64,000 bases of DNA from an uncultured Eubacteriales bacterium (GTDB lineage Bacteria > Bacillota > Clostridia > Oscillospirales > CAG-272). A model generated the notes under the pieces. That model saw only the letters and a program-made list of their open reading frames with translations, did no database searches and had not been told where the DNA came from. Each line of letters begins with the position of its first letter. Position 1 is the stretch's first letter. The position numbers and the translations under genes are program-made. The stretch lies in contig CATKFO010000047.1 in NCBI GenBank assembly GCA_949747515.1, positions 8,595 to 72,594 on the forward strand, given 5' to 3'. Of the stretch, positions 1 to 9,113 are shown one piece after another.

Positions 1-100
1 ACTCGTTTTTTACCGGCGACGCGTGTCCGATAAAGCGCGATTTTTTCTCTTCTATCTCGGCCGAAGCCGTCTTGAGAAGAGTGATTCTTTCATTTGTCAT
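1..100 (-). CDS. IMPACT/YigZ-family protein, N-terminal fragment (gene runs off the left edge)
   Basis: Not in the ORF track because it is truncated. Minus-strand ATG at 100..98 has GGAG 9 nt upstream. It reads MTNERITLLKTASAEIEEKKSRFIGHASPVKNE; the E-x-KKSRFI...PV pattern is typical of YigZ/UPF0029 N-termini. Confidence 0.45.
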   Translation of the reverse strand, partial: MTNERITLLKTASAEIEEKKSRFIGHASPVKNE

Positions 101-122
101 AAGCGTTTTCTCCGTCGTCAAG

Positions 123-1409
123 CTATTCTTTTACAATATATTTTCCAAGTTTTCCGCACAGTTTTTCATCAGCGTCGGCCGTAACGTCTACAAAGCTGTC
201 GCCGTATTCGGTCTCCACGTTTTCCGCCGTCGCGTATACCTCGGCAATAATTCCTCCGTCGTTCGGAGCAAGCCGAAACGTGACTCGCCTCCTGCCGACT
301 CCGAGGGTCTCCTCGAGCTTCGCTATCATATCGTCGATTCCTTCCCCAGTTTTCGCAGATATGGCGCAAATTGAAGAATTTGACTCCAGCGACGTAAGAG
401 AATATATCGCCTCTTCGTCCGAAGCAGCGTCGCATTTGTTCATAACGTAGAGCTTAGGCTTGTCGCCCGCGCCCAAATCCGACAGCAGCTTTTCCGTTAC
501 CGCAAGTTGATTATCGCGCTCGGGATCGGACGCGTCTATTATTACTATTATCACGTCGGAAAATACCGCTTCCTCCAAAGTAGACCTGAAAGCTTTGATC
601 AAATGATGAGGCAGATTTCGTATAAATCCTACCGTATCGGTAAGAAGAACGTCTCTTCCTCCCGGAAGCGTATATTTTCTCGTAGTAGTATCGAGCGTGG
701 CGAAGAGTTTATCCTCCGCAAGTATTCCGGCCTCAGTCAAACGATTCAGAAGGGTCGACTTGCCGGCGTTGGTATATCCGACGATAGCGCATCGCTTAAT
801 GCCGGATCGCTCTCTTGATCTGCGTATAACGTCTCTTGAACGAGCGACTTTTTCAAGCTCAGCTTCGAGCGACGCAATACGCGAGCGTACTCGACGGCGG
901 TCAAGCTCAAGTTTAGTTTCTCCAGGTCCTCTGGAACCTATAGAGCCCGACGCGGATCCTCCTAAACGCGACATTTCGCGACCGTGTCCGACAAGTCTTG
1001 GCGCCGTATATTTAAGCTGAGCTAACTCTACCTGTAACGTTCCCTCCGCGCTTCTCGCATGAGCGGCGAAAATATCGAGAATCAGCATGCTTCGGTCGAT
1101 AACCTGAACGTCTCCGCCGACGGAATCTTCAAGTTCTTTTATCTGAGACGGGGTCAGTTCGCAATCGAATACGACGAGCTCCGCACCGTTGTTTTCGCAA
1201 ATATCTCTAAGCTCTTCACATTTTCCTTTTCCTATAACGGTACGGCAATTAGGAGTTTCTCTTATTTGGGTAAGAATCGCCGTCGTTTCTCCTCCGGCCG
1301 TTTCAAGAAGTCTTTCCAGCTCTTTAAGACTTGCCTCCGCGGATTTTTCGTCGCGTGAAGCATACGCCGATACCAATACCGCCTTTTTCTTTTCATTTTC
1401 TATCCTCAT
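123..1409 (-). CDS. hflX: GTPase HflX
   Basis: 428 aa. HflX N-domain (IDRSMLILDIFAAHARSAEGTLQVELAQLKY), G1 GYTNAGKST, G3 DTVGF, G4 NKCD. Confidence 0.9.
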   Translation of the reverse strand: MRIENEKKKAVLVSAYASRDEKSAEASLKELERLLETAGGETTAILTQIRETPNCRTVIGKGKCEELRDICENNGAELVVFDCELTPSQIKELEDSVGGDVQVIDRSMLILDIFAAHARSAEGTLQVELAQLKYTAPRLVGHGREMSRLGGSASGSIGSRGPGETKLELDRRRVRSRIASLEAELEKVARSRDVIRRSRERSGIKRCAIVGYTNAGKSTLLNRLTEAGILAEDKLFATLDTTTRKYTLPGGRDVLLTDTVGFIRNLPHHLIKAFRSTLEEAVFSDVIIVIIDASDPERDNQLAVTEKLLSDLGAGDKPKLYVMNKCDAASDEEAIYSLTSLESNSSICAISAKTGEGIDDMIAKLEETLGVGRRRVTFRLAPNDGGIIAEVYATAENVETEYGDSFVDVTADADEKLCGKLGKYIVKE

Positions 1410-1460
1410 AAAATCGTCTCCTTTCTTTTTTCTCTTTTAGGTTTTCCTGCGCGGCGCAAA

Positions 1461-1496
1461 GAGAAAAAGCCGGACAGGATAAAACTACCCTGTCCG
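1461..1496 (-). terminator. Intrinsic terminator after rpmE
   Basis: Minus strand has CGGACAGG-N10-CCTGTCCG (8 bp stem) followed by GCTTTTTCTCTTT. Confidence 0.6.
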
Positions 1497-1523
1497 ACAA
1501 TTATACGGACTATATTATGCGAA

Positions 1524-1742
1524 TTACTTGCCGCTCTTTTCAAGACGCTTCTTGAATTTATCGACACGTCCGCCGGCATCGACAAATTTCTGCTTACCGG
1601 TGAAGAAAGGATGGCATTTAGAGCAGATATCCACACGGATTTCTCCTCCCGCGTCTCCCTTGGTTGAACGTGTTTTTACAGCTTCTCCGCATGCGCAACG
1701 GATAGTTACTTCCTCATATTTAGGATGGATTCCGGTCTTCAT
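1524..1742 (-). CDS. rpmE: 50S ribosomal protein L31, Cys-containing (zinc-type) form
   Basis: [12 protein letters not shown]...CACG...[10 protein letters not shown] is the L31 signature. The ORF-track start at 1751 is a GTG inside the GAGGTG Shine-Dalgarno, so ATG at 1742 with 6 nt spacing is preferred. Confidence 0.9.
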   Translation of the reverse strand: MKTGIHPKYEEVTIRCACGEAVKTRSTKGDAGGEIRVDICSKCHPFFTGKQKFVDAGGRVDKFKKRLEKSGK

Positions 1743-1780
1743 TGTTTTCACCTCATTCCAAAGATACTCATGTAGGGATG

Positions 1781-1809
1781 ATTATATCATACAATTTCTT
1801 CTTTTGCAA
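1781..1809 (-). promoter_or_regulatory. Sigma-A-type promoter for rpmE
   Basis: Minus strand reads TTGCAA-17 nt-TATAAT with TG at the extended -10 position, about 35 nt upstream of the rpmE ATG. Confidence 0.5.
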
Positions 1810-1872
1810 TAGCTTTTTGAAATTTTACGACAATTTAACCGCGCTTTTTCCGCAACATATTTACAAAACGCG

Positions 1873-2580
1873 CTAAACTCTCGCTCCTATATAATTCTTA
1901 AGACGATGTATTATCTTTTTTTCAAGACGCGATATATACGATTGTGAAATTCCGAGGGCGTCCGCCACCTCCTTCTGCGTCATTTCCTTTCTCCCGGCAA
2001 GACCGTATCTCATCTCAATGATATCGCGTTCTCTTCCCTCCAGTAAAGAAACGGCGTCTCTAACGGTTTTCTCATCCTCGCATCGCTCTATATCGGCGCT
2101 GACAGAGTCGTCGTCGGAGCCGAGAATGTCGGAAAGCAAGAGTTCGTTTCCATCCCAGTCAACGTTTAAAGGTTCGTCAATGGACACGTCTCCTCTATGG
2201 GAGGCGTTCTTTCTTATATGCATCAGTATTTCGTTCTCGATACATCTGGACGCATACGTCGCCAGTTTGATATTTTTCTCCGGATTATACGTGTTTACAG
2301 CCTTTATAAGACCGATAGTTCCGATAGATATAAGGTCTTCCAGCCCGGCTCCTGTATTGTCAAACTTCTTTGATATGTAAACCACAAGCCTAAGATTATG
2401 GCGTATAAGCTTGTCTGTAGCCTCGGGATCGTTTCCGAGAGCGGCGAGAGCCTCCGCTTCTTCCTCAGGGTTCAGCGGCGGCGGCAGGGTGTCGGCTCCG
2501 TTAACATAATATACTTCTCCGCTGCCGCCGAATAATCTGAGAATAAGCTTTCCTATTTTTACGAGCCCGTTCGTTTTCAT
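1873..2580 (-). CDS. sigE: Sporulation sigma factor SigE (pro-sigma-E)
   Basis: 235 aa. [13 protein letters not shown] pro-sequence junction and [42 protein letters not shown], which matches SigE rather than SigK. It lies immediately downstream of spoIIGA. Confidence 0.9.
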   Translation of the reverse strand: MKTNGLVKIGKLILRLFGGSGEVYYVNGADTLPPPLNPEEEAEALAALGNDPEATDKLIRHNLRLVVYISKKFDNTGAGLEDLISIGTIGLIKAVNTYNPEKNIKLATYASRCIENEILMHIRKNASHRGDVSIDEPLNVDWDGNELLLSDILGSDDDSVSADIERCEDEKTVRDAVSLLEGRERDIIEMRYGLAGRKEMTQKEVADALGISQSYISRLEKKIIHRLKNYIGARV

Positions 2581-2613
2581 AATCGTGTTCCTTTCACAAA
2601 ATTTTATAATTTT

Positions 2614-3456
2614 TTATAATAACGCCGATGGAGCTACGCCGTCGTATTCTCCAAATCCTCCGCGCTTGGTTTTGTCCGCAACTATCATCGCGGACGTTTT
2701 GCGGCCGTCGACGCTCGCGCTGTCCGGACGAAAAGCGCATAGCATCTTGTCTCCGCCTATTCCCTTGGCGGGAATCAGTCTTACACGCGACGCAAGCCTT
2801 TCACCAGCGCGGCAAGGACTGCATGAGACGAGCGCTTCCCTTTCTTCGGAGGTAAGAGCCGTCGCGAGAACAGATTCCGAGACGATAATCACCGGAGCGC
2901 CGGAAAATGGATCTATAAGAAGATTTCCGCTGTCCGCAAGGGCCAAAAATTCCACCTTATTGCCGAAGATTTCCACAGAAACCTGCGCCGAACGCTTTTT
3001 AGACACCCTGCCGATCAGCTCCACGGCAAATAGGGCTAAAGCCACTCCAAGAAACATAACGCCGTAGTACGACGGATTAGTATGAGCTCCGCCTCCAGCT
3101 ATCGTTATTCCGTCTCCTACGGAAACGACGGCCGTTACAATTCCGCCGAGAAGAGCCCCGGAAGACCACAGCAAAGCCACCATTCTGAAGAACGGCGCTG
3201 CGGATCCGCGTCCAAACGCGATAAACGCCATAACTACGGAACAAATTACGCCGAGCGCGGCTCCTGCAGGCGACGGAATCGCGGCGGCGGTAGATACGAC
3301 TTCAACCGCGGCGGCGACTGCGGCGGCGACTGAAAATCTCAACGGACTCAGCGGAGCGTGAATTAGCTTACCCGTTATGTAAAGACTAATAAAATCCATG
3401 CTGAAGTCAATAAGGAAAAGAACGTCGGCATACAGCACTGTTTCCGTTTTCATCAC
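2614..3456 (-). CDS. spoIIGA: Sigma-E processing peptidase SpoIIGA
   Basis: 280 aa. Multi-TM N-half and a C-half with the aspartic-protease motif LADSGNLLIDPFSG. Lies upstream of sigE as in spoIIG operons. The start is GTG at 3456 or ATG at 3453. Confidence 0.85.
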   Translation of the reverse strand: MMKTETVLYADVLFLIDFSMDFISLYITGKLIHAPLSPLRFSVAAAVAAAVEVVSTAAAIPSPAGAALGVICSVVMAFIAFGRGSAAPFFRMVALLWSSGALLGGIVTAVVSVGDGITIAGGGAHTNPSYYGVMFLGVALALFAVELIGRVSKKRSAQVSVEIFGNKVEFLALADSGNLLIDPFSGAPVIIVSESVLATALTSEEREALVSCSPCRAGERLASRVRLIPAKGIGGDKMLCAFRPDSASVDGRKTSAMIVADKTKRGGFGEYDGVAPSALL

Positions 3457-3482
3457 CCCCCGCCGGCTTGTCTTTTGTCAAT

Positions 3483-3516
3483 ATTATATATGATCCGCAT
3501 ACAAAGATTATGTCAA
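3483..3516 (-). promoter_or_regulatory. spoIIG-type promoter with 22 bp spacer and a 0A-box-like element
   Basis: Minus strand reads TTGACA (3516..3511), an exactly 22 nt spacer, then TATAAT (3488..3483). TTTGACA is the complement of TGTCAAA, one mismatch from the TGTCGAA 0A box. Confidence 0.5.
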
Positions 3517-3748
3517 AGCATGGCGCCGCATAATCATTTTTCAAAGCGAAAATACCTCTGCGGAGATTTGACGCAAAATTATATATTCTTACCACGTGAT
3601 AAAAATGGACGCGAAAATCATAATATAGAAAACAAATAAACCTATGTAAAATAAAGATTGCATGTAGCTGCAAACCGTTGAAATTCACACGCGGATGCGA
3701 CCTAATCCAGTCTCGTTATTATAACTTTGTTTGACGCTCCTGTGTATC

Positions 3749-3788
3749 AAAAAAGATCGGCGGCTTCTCATAATGAAAAACCGCCGAT
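3749..3788 (-). terminator. Intrinsic terminator after ilvE
   Basis: Minus strand has ATCGGCGG-N17-CCGCCGAT followed by CTTTTTTGA. Confidence 0.65.
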
Positions 3789-3832
3789 TAAGTATTTATA
3801 TATTTATTTCATAACGAGCGTAAGTATACGAC

Positions 3833-4900
3833 TTATATTTTTTGAGTCCACCCCATATCGTCGGGAATACGTCCCCACTGTATACCGGTGATGGCGTCGT
3901 ACAGCTTCTGAGACACCTCTCCGATTTTACCGTCGTTTATAATCATTCTGTCGTCTCCGTCGCAAAGCTCTCCAACAGGAGAAATAACAGCCGCAGTACC
4001 CGTGCCGAAGACCTCGTTCAGCTTTCCGGACTTATGCGCCTCTATAATCTCGTCGACGGAAACCTTGCGCTCTTCAACCTTCATGCCCCATGAACGGATA
4101 AGCTCCACGCAAGACGCTCTCGTCACGCCCGGCAAAATATTTCCTTCCTCAAGAGACGGGGTTACCACAACTCCGTCGATAACAAAGAACACGTTCATTG
4201 CGCCGACCTCGTCCACATATTTACGGTGAACTCCGTCAAGCCACAAAACCTGCGCGTATCCGGCCTCTTCAGCCTTCTGCTGCCCCAAAAGAGACGCGGC
4301 GTAGTTTCCGCCTACCTTAGCCATACCCGTGCCGCCTTTAACGCATCGTACGTATTCTCTTTCTATCATAATCTTAACGGGATTTATGCCCGCGGCGTAA
4401 TATGAACCGGAGGGAGAAAGAATTATAATAAACTTATACGTATGAGAAGGATGAACCCCCAGGAAAGGATCCGTGGCGATTATAAACGGACGTATGTACA
4501 GCGACGTTCCTTCGTCGTACGGAACCCAGTCTCTGTCAACGTCTACGACCGCCTTTATAGCGGCCAGCGCGTCTTCGGGATTGATTTTCGGAACGCAAAG
4601 ACGCTCGCACGTATTGTTCATACGTTCAATATTTTTATCAGGGCGGAAAAGCTGGATTTCACCGTCCGCTCTGCGGTACGCCTTAAGTCCTTCGAAAAGC
4701 TCCTGAGCATAATGGAAAACCATAGCGGAAGGCTCGAGAGATATAGGTCCGTAGGGAACTATGCGGGCGTCGTGCCAGCCGTTCTCCACGTCGTAATCCA
4801 TAACAAACATATGATCCGAGAACAATTTTCCAAATCCGAGCTTTTCCGAAGACGGCTTTGCCTTCGGCGCGGTTGTTTTTTCTATTCTGATATTCAGCAT
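3833..4900 (-). CDS. ilvE: Branched-chain amino acid aminotransferase
   Basis: 355 aa. LGFGKLFSDHMF N-terminus, YIRPF, GGTGMAKVGGNYAASL and GVTR motifs of class IV aminotransferases. Confidence 0.9.
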   Translation of the reverse strand: MLNIRIEKTTAPKAKPSSEKLGFGKLFSDHMFVMDYDVENGWHDARIVPYGPISLEPSAMVFHYAQELFEGLKAYRRADGEIQLFRPDKNIERMNNTCERLCVPKINPEDALAAIKAVVDVDRDWVPYDEGTSLYIRPFIIATDPFLGVHPSHTYKFIIILSPSGSYYAAGINPVKIMIEREYVRCVKGGTGMAKVGGNYAASLLGQQKAEEAGYAQVLWLDGVHRKYVDEVGAMNVFFVIDGVVVTPSLEEGNILPGVTRASCVELIRSWGMKVEERKVSVDEIIEAHKSGKLNEVFGTGTAAVISPVGELCDGDDRMIINDGKIGEVSQKLYDAITGIQWGRIPDDMGWTQKI

Positions 4901-5140
4901 CTTCTTGACTTCCTTTCAATATGCGTATACCTCGCGATACTTTATACATTATACTACCGCCGTTCGCATTTTTCAAGAAATTTTCCAAAATATAAAGCAT
5001 ATTTTATTTATGCGCGCCTACAAACTCTTATATTAAAGATTCACCTAAATAAAAAGCAAGTTTTTTACTTGCCATTCGTCGTCGAATAATGTATAATGGT
5101 AAAGCTATAATCAAAAATTCTTGAAAGGCAGTCAACATAT

Positions 5141-8100
5141 ATGGACAAATGGACAGAACGGTTTATGAATCCGGAGTCTGAATACAGACCGCATCCTTTT
5201 TGGTCGTGGAACGAGAAGCTTGAAGAGGAAGAACTCAGAAAGCAAGTAAGACTTATGGCTCAAAACGGGCAAGGCGGATTCTTCATGCACGCGCGGGAAG
5301 GACTTATCACCCCGTATATGGGCGACAAGTGGTTCGACGCCGTAAGAATTTGCGCCGACGAAGCAAAAAAAGCGGGCATAGAGGCTTGGTGCTACGATGA
5401 AAAGGGCTGGCCCAGCGGATCAGCCGGCGGATATATTACCTCTCTCGGAGAAAAGTATCGCGTAAAGTGGATAAAGTTTATCGAAGACGGAGACCAGCTA
5501 GCGGATATAGGGAAAATTATCGCCTCTTTTTTCGTAGGAAAAGATTTGTCTTACAGACGCGCGGATGACTTGTCATCCCGCGGCGCCGAAGAAAAGCTTA
5601 TGCACGCGATTGTTTTCACTGGAGAAGACTACATAGATATACTTGACCGCGAAGTCGTTAAGGAATTTCTTGACTGCACATACGAAAAATACAAGGCTGA
5701 AACCGGAGACTCTCTATCTGACGGAACGCTTAGCGGTTTCTTTACCGACGAGCCTCAATACGCGCTTTGCAAAACTCCGTGGACTAACCGGATGGAAGAA
5801 GAATTTGAAAACGCTTACGGATATCGTTTAATCGACGTATTTCCTTCCCTCTTTATATCGTCGCCCGGTTACGAATCCGTAAGATACGATTTCTGGACGC
5901 TTGTAAACCGACTCTTTACCGAATCTTTTGCAAAGCAGATATACGAATGGTGCGAAATAAACGGATGCAGATTTACCGGTCACGCTATGATGGAAGACAA
6001 TATGCTCTGCCAAATCCACTGCACGGCCGGCCCTATGCCCATGTACGAGTATATGCATATTCCCGGCATCGACTGGCTCGGCAGGCAGCCGGCGGACGCT
6101 CCCGGCAAAATTCCCGGTTCGCCCGTCACTCCTCTTCAGGTCGGCTCCGTAGCGGCTCAGCTCGGTAAAAAACACGTTATCAGCGAAATGTACGCCATGG
6201 GCGGCTGGAATATGTCCCTTTCAGAAATGAAATACCTAGCGGAATGGCAATTCCTGTACGGCGTAAACATGATTTGCCAGCATCTTGCTCCTTATTCTCT
6301 CAGAGGTTCCCGCAAATACGATTTTCCCCCGGCTGTTTTTTACCAGTCGCCTATGTGGGAGGAATATAAGGCCCTCTGCGACACGCTTTCCCGCACTGGC
6401 AAAATGCTGTCGGACGGCGTCGACGAGCCGGGCGTTCTTCTGATTCATCCCATACATTCCATATATCTCGAATATACCAACGACGATCTGTGCGCAGAAC
6501 AGCCCTTCGACGACGAATGGAACGCCGTAACCTGCGCGCTCGCCGAGTGTCATATACCGCATCATTACGGAGACGAAACCATCATGCGCCGTCACGGACG
6601 AGTAGAAAACGGAACGCTTATAATAGGCGAGCGGTCTTACAGTTCCGTTCTGCTTCCGTCTCTCAAGGGACTCGATCGTTCAACGTACGATCTGCTGATG
6701 AAATTCGCCGAATGCGGAGGCCGAATCTGCGTCCTCGGCTCCAAACCTAAATTTATCGGAGGAAGACCCGCCGAAAAAGAGATCGACGCGCTGTACGAGA
6801 AGTGCGAATATGTTCAAAACCCTGAAAAGCGTGAAAATCTGCTTCGCTACCTCGTAAATTCCGGAATAAAAAAGATCTCCGTTACGGGACGGGACGGCGA
6901 AGACGGAAACATAAAAGTCGCGATTCGAAATTATCCCGAGGACGGAAGGAGAGTTTACTTCTTCCTGAATCTCGACAGAAACAGCCCGAGAAAAGTAACG
7001 ATCCATTTGCCTGAGGAGCGCGCCGTAGAGCTGCTGCCCGATTCGATGGAATATCGTCGGATCCCGCAGGCGTATCACTCTCAGCTCCATCCGGGAGAAA
7101 CGACCGTAGAGATCGCTTTCGAGCCTATGGAATCCCGCGTTTTGGTAGCCGGCAACGATATAGGCTGGCCGCAAGAGCCGATAGCGGCCAGAGAGATAGC
7201 CCGCGTACCGCTTAAACGAGAATGGCGTCTCGGAAAAAACAGCGGTCCGAACTGTTACATGATGGAATATTGTCAAGTCTTCGCAGGAGACGATGTATCT
7301 CCGGAAATTCACGTATGGAGCGCTTTGGGAGAAGTTGAAAATAAAAAATATCTCCCTGCTCTCAAGGAAGGCAAGTCACTCGGAGTAAGATATACGTTTA
7401 CCGTAGACGAAAACATGAATATCGAGGAACTGAGCGACATGCGTTTGGTAACGGAATTCCGTTTACCGGTTGAAATACGGGTAAACGGGCGCGAAGTTCA
7501 AGCGATTCCCGGCCAATGGTGGCTAGATCACGGATTTCCGGTATACGATATCTCCTCGCTAGTAAGAAACGGAGAAAACGTTGTTGAGGCGACGGGGTTC
7601 TGCCGCTTAGATACCGACAGTCAAGGAGAGCATATTAAGCGAAACACGGATTTCGGATACGCATACCTAACGGGCAATTTCGGAGTATTCTCGAGCTCTC
7701 CTTTCATAGACTGTGAAAACGGAGCCGAAATTACGGAATCTCCGTTCGTCATAGGATCTCGCCCCACATACTTTGAGGGAGGCAATATAGTTCCGCAAGG
7801 TCATCCGTTCTTCCGTGGAAAACTGATTCTCGAACAAGACTTTGAAATAAACGACCCTGCTCTTCCGAGATTTGTAGAAATACCGAAGCCATACGCAGCG
7901 TACTCCAAGATTTATGTCAACGGACGAGGAGGAAAGCTTCTTTTCGGCGGAGGAAAAGCGGAAATCACCGGACTTACTCATGCCGGGCTCAACGTACTGT
8001 CCGTAGAAATGGGCATAAGCAATAGAGGGTTGCTCGGTCCTCATCACGACGAGAGGCCGGAGCCTCACGCGGTAGGCCCGGAGGACTTCTTCCCCGCGCG

Positions 8101-8155
8101 GCCCAGCAAATGGCAAAGAAGATACAGCTTTGTAAAAGCCGGATTCGGCGACTGA
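5141..8155 (+). CDS. Large glycoside-hydrolase-like protein (GH106-like / jelly-roll glycosylhydrolase family)
   Basis: 1004 aa. N-terminal RPHPFWSWNEKL...GGFFMHAREGL and FFTDEPQY motifs that I associate with GH106-like enzymes. No signal peptide. The family assignment is from memory only. Confidence 0.5.
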   Translation: MDKWTERFMNPESEYRPHPFWSWNEKLEEEELRKQVRLMAQNGQGGFFMHAREGLITPYMGDKWFDAVRICADEAKKAGIEAWCYDEKGWPSGSAGGYITSLGEKYRVKWIKFIEDGDQLADIGKIIASFFVGKDLSYRRADDLSSRGAEEKLMHAIVFTGEDYIDILDREVVKEFLDCTYEKYKAETGDSLSDGTLSGFFTDEPQYALCKTPWTNRMEEEFENAYGYRLIDVFPSLFISSPGYESVRYDFWTLVNRLFTESFAKQIYEWCEINGCRFTGHAMMEDNMLCQIHCTAGPMPMYEYMHIPGIDWLGRQPADAPGKIPGSPVTPLQVGSVAAQLGKKHVISEMYAMGGWNMSLSEMKYLAEWQFLYGVNMICQHLAPYSLRGSRKYDFPPAVFYQSPMWEEYKALCDTLSRTGKMLSDGVDEPGVLLIHPIHSIYLEYTNDDLCAEQPFDDEWNAVTCALAECHIPHHYGDETIMRRHGRVENGTLIIGERSYSSVLLPSLKGLDRSTYDLLMKFAECGGRICVLGSKPKFIGGRPAEKEIDALYEKCEYVQNPEKRENLLRYLVNSGIKKISVTGRDGEDGNIKVAIRNYPEDGRRVYFFLNLDRNSPRKVTIHLPEERAVELLPDSMEYRRIPQAYHSQLHPGETTVEIAFEPMESRVLVAGNDIGWPQEPIAAREIARVPLKREWRLGKNSGPNCYMMEYCQVFAGDDVSPEIHVWSALGEVENKKYLPALKEGKSLGVRYTFTVDENMNIEELSDMRLVTEFRLPVEIRVNGREVQAIPGQWWLDHGFPVYDISSLVRNGENVVEATGFCRLDTDSQGEHIKRNTDFGYAYLTGNFGVFSSSPFIDCENGAEITESPFVIGSRPTYFEGGNIVPQGHPFFRGKLILEQDFEINDPALPRFVEIPKPYAAYSKIYVNGRGGKLLFGGGKAEITGLTHAGLNVLSVEMGISNRGLLGPHHDERPEPHAVGPEDFFPARPSKWQRRYSFVKAGFGD

Positions 8156-8195
8156 TATTTATCAACGCATTATATGAAAGGCATGGTAAAGAACA

Positions 8196-9098
8196 ATGAA
8201 CTTCATCAAATATAAAGAACATATAAGCGATCTCTGCGAAAAAATAGAAATGCCCGCGGAATATGCGGCCGCGGCGCTCGACTGCTGTGAAAAAATATGC
8301 GAGTCCGAAACGCTCTACGAAAAGTTTTTGGAAATACAGGAAAACTACTTTAACGGCGGAGCGTTTGAGTACAACGTAACGCCGGTAACCGAGCTTGCCG
8401 AGGCAAACGGATTTGAAAAATACATGTTTACTCTTACTTTCTGCCTCATGTATTCTCTTCAAACGCTCGAAATATACAAAAGACGCGAATACCCCATGGA
8501 CGTATACTACGATTCGTTCCGCGACCTTGTTATTTGGGGAAACGTGTGCCTCAACGCTCACGGAATATTTGGAATCGATAACTACGGATGGGTTTCCGAG
8601 CAAATACGAGGCAGACTGTTCCGCATAGGCAGACTTCAGTTCCACTACATCGAGCACAACGGCCCCGAGCATACCCATGCCGGAGTAACCGTCAGAAAGG
8701 GACAAAGGGTTATCAATATACATATCCCGGAAGGCGACGCTCTTACGCGTGAAAAAAGAATGGATTCATATAGACGCGCATATCGTTTTTTCGGTCAAAC
8801 CGGAAACGCCGTGTTTGAATGCGAATCGTGGCTCCTTTACGAAAAAGGACGTGAATTTATAAATCCTGACTCTAATATAATCGACTTTATGAACGACTTC
8901 CAAATTATACATACTGATGAAAAACAGGGCGAATTCGGAGAGGCGTGGAGAGTATTCGGATTTCTTGAATCATACGATCCCGCGTCGCTTCCAAGAAACA
9001 CGTCGCTTCAAAGGGCGTATGCGGATAGACTTATTTCGGGAGGCGCGACGGGTAACTCGCTCGGTATAATGATATTCGACGGGGAAAATATCCTCTGA
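8196..9098 (+). CDS. Acyltransferase-domain-like protein (NAT_N/GNAT_C-type), function unknown
   Basis: 300 aa, soluble. The INIHIPEGDALTREKRMDSYRRAYRFFG segment resembles the family PGAP names acyltransferase domain-containing protein. Weak recall-based call. Confidence 0.4.
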   Translation: MNFIKYKEHISDLCEKIEMPAEYAAAALDCCEKICESETLYEKFLEIQENYFNGGAFEYNVTPVTELAEANGFEKYMFTLTFCLMYSLQTLEIYKRREYPMDVYYDSFRDLVIWGNVCLNAHGIFGIDNYGWVSEQIRGRLFRIGRLQFHYIEHNGPEHTHAGVTVRKGQRVINIHIPEGDALTREKRMDSYRRAYRFFGQTGNAVFECESWLLYEKGREFINPDSNIIDFMNDFQIIHTDEKQGEFGEAWRVFGFLESYDPASLPRNTSLQRAYADRLISGGATGNSLGIMIFDGENIL

Positions 9099-9113
9099 TT
9101 CGAGGTAAGCGAG

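Noticed and set aside
3407-3688. 93 aa minus-strand ORF
   Set aside because: It runs through the spoIIG promoter region into the spoIIGA start in another frame. It is AT-rich and Phe/Ile/Tyr-biased, with no RBS.
6680-8723. Minus-strand ORFs of 210, 149 and 244 aa (6680..7312, 7667..8116, 7989..8723)
   Set aside because: They are antisense to the GH106-like and acyltransferase-like genes. They lack RBSs and have skewed composition.
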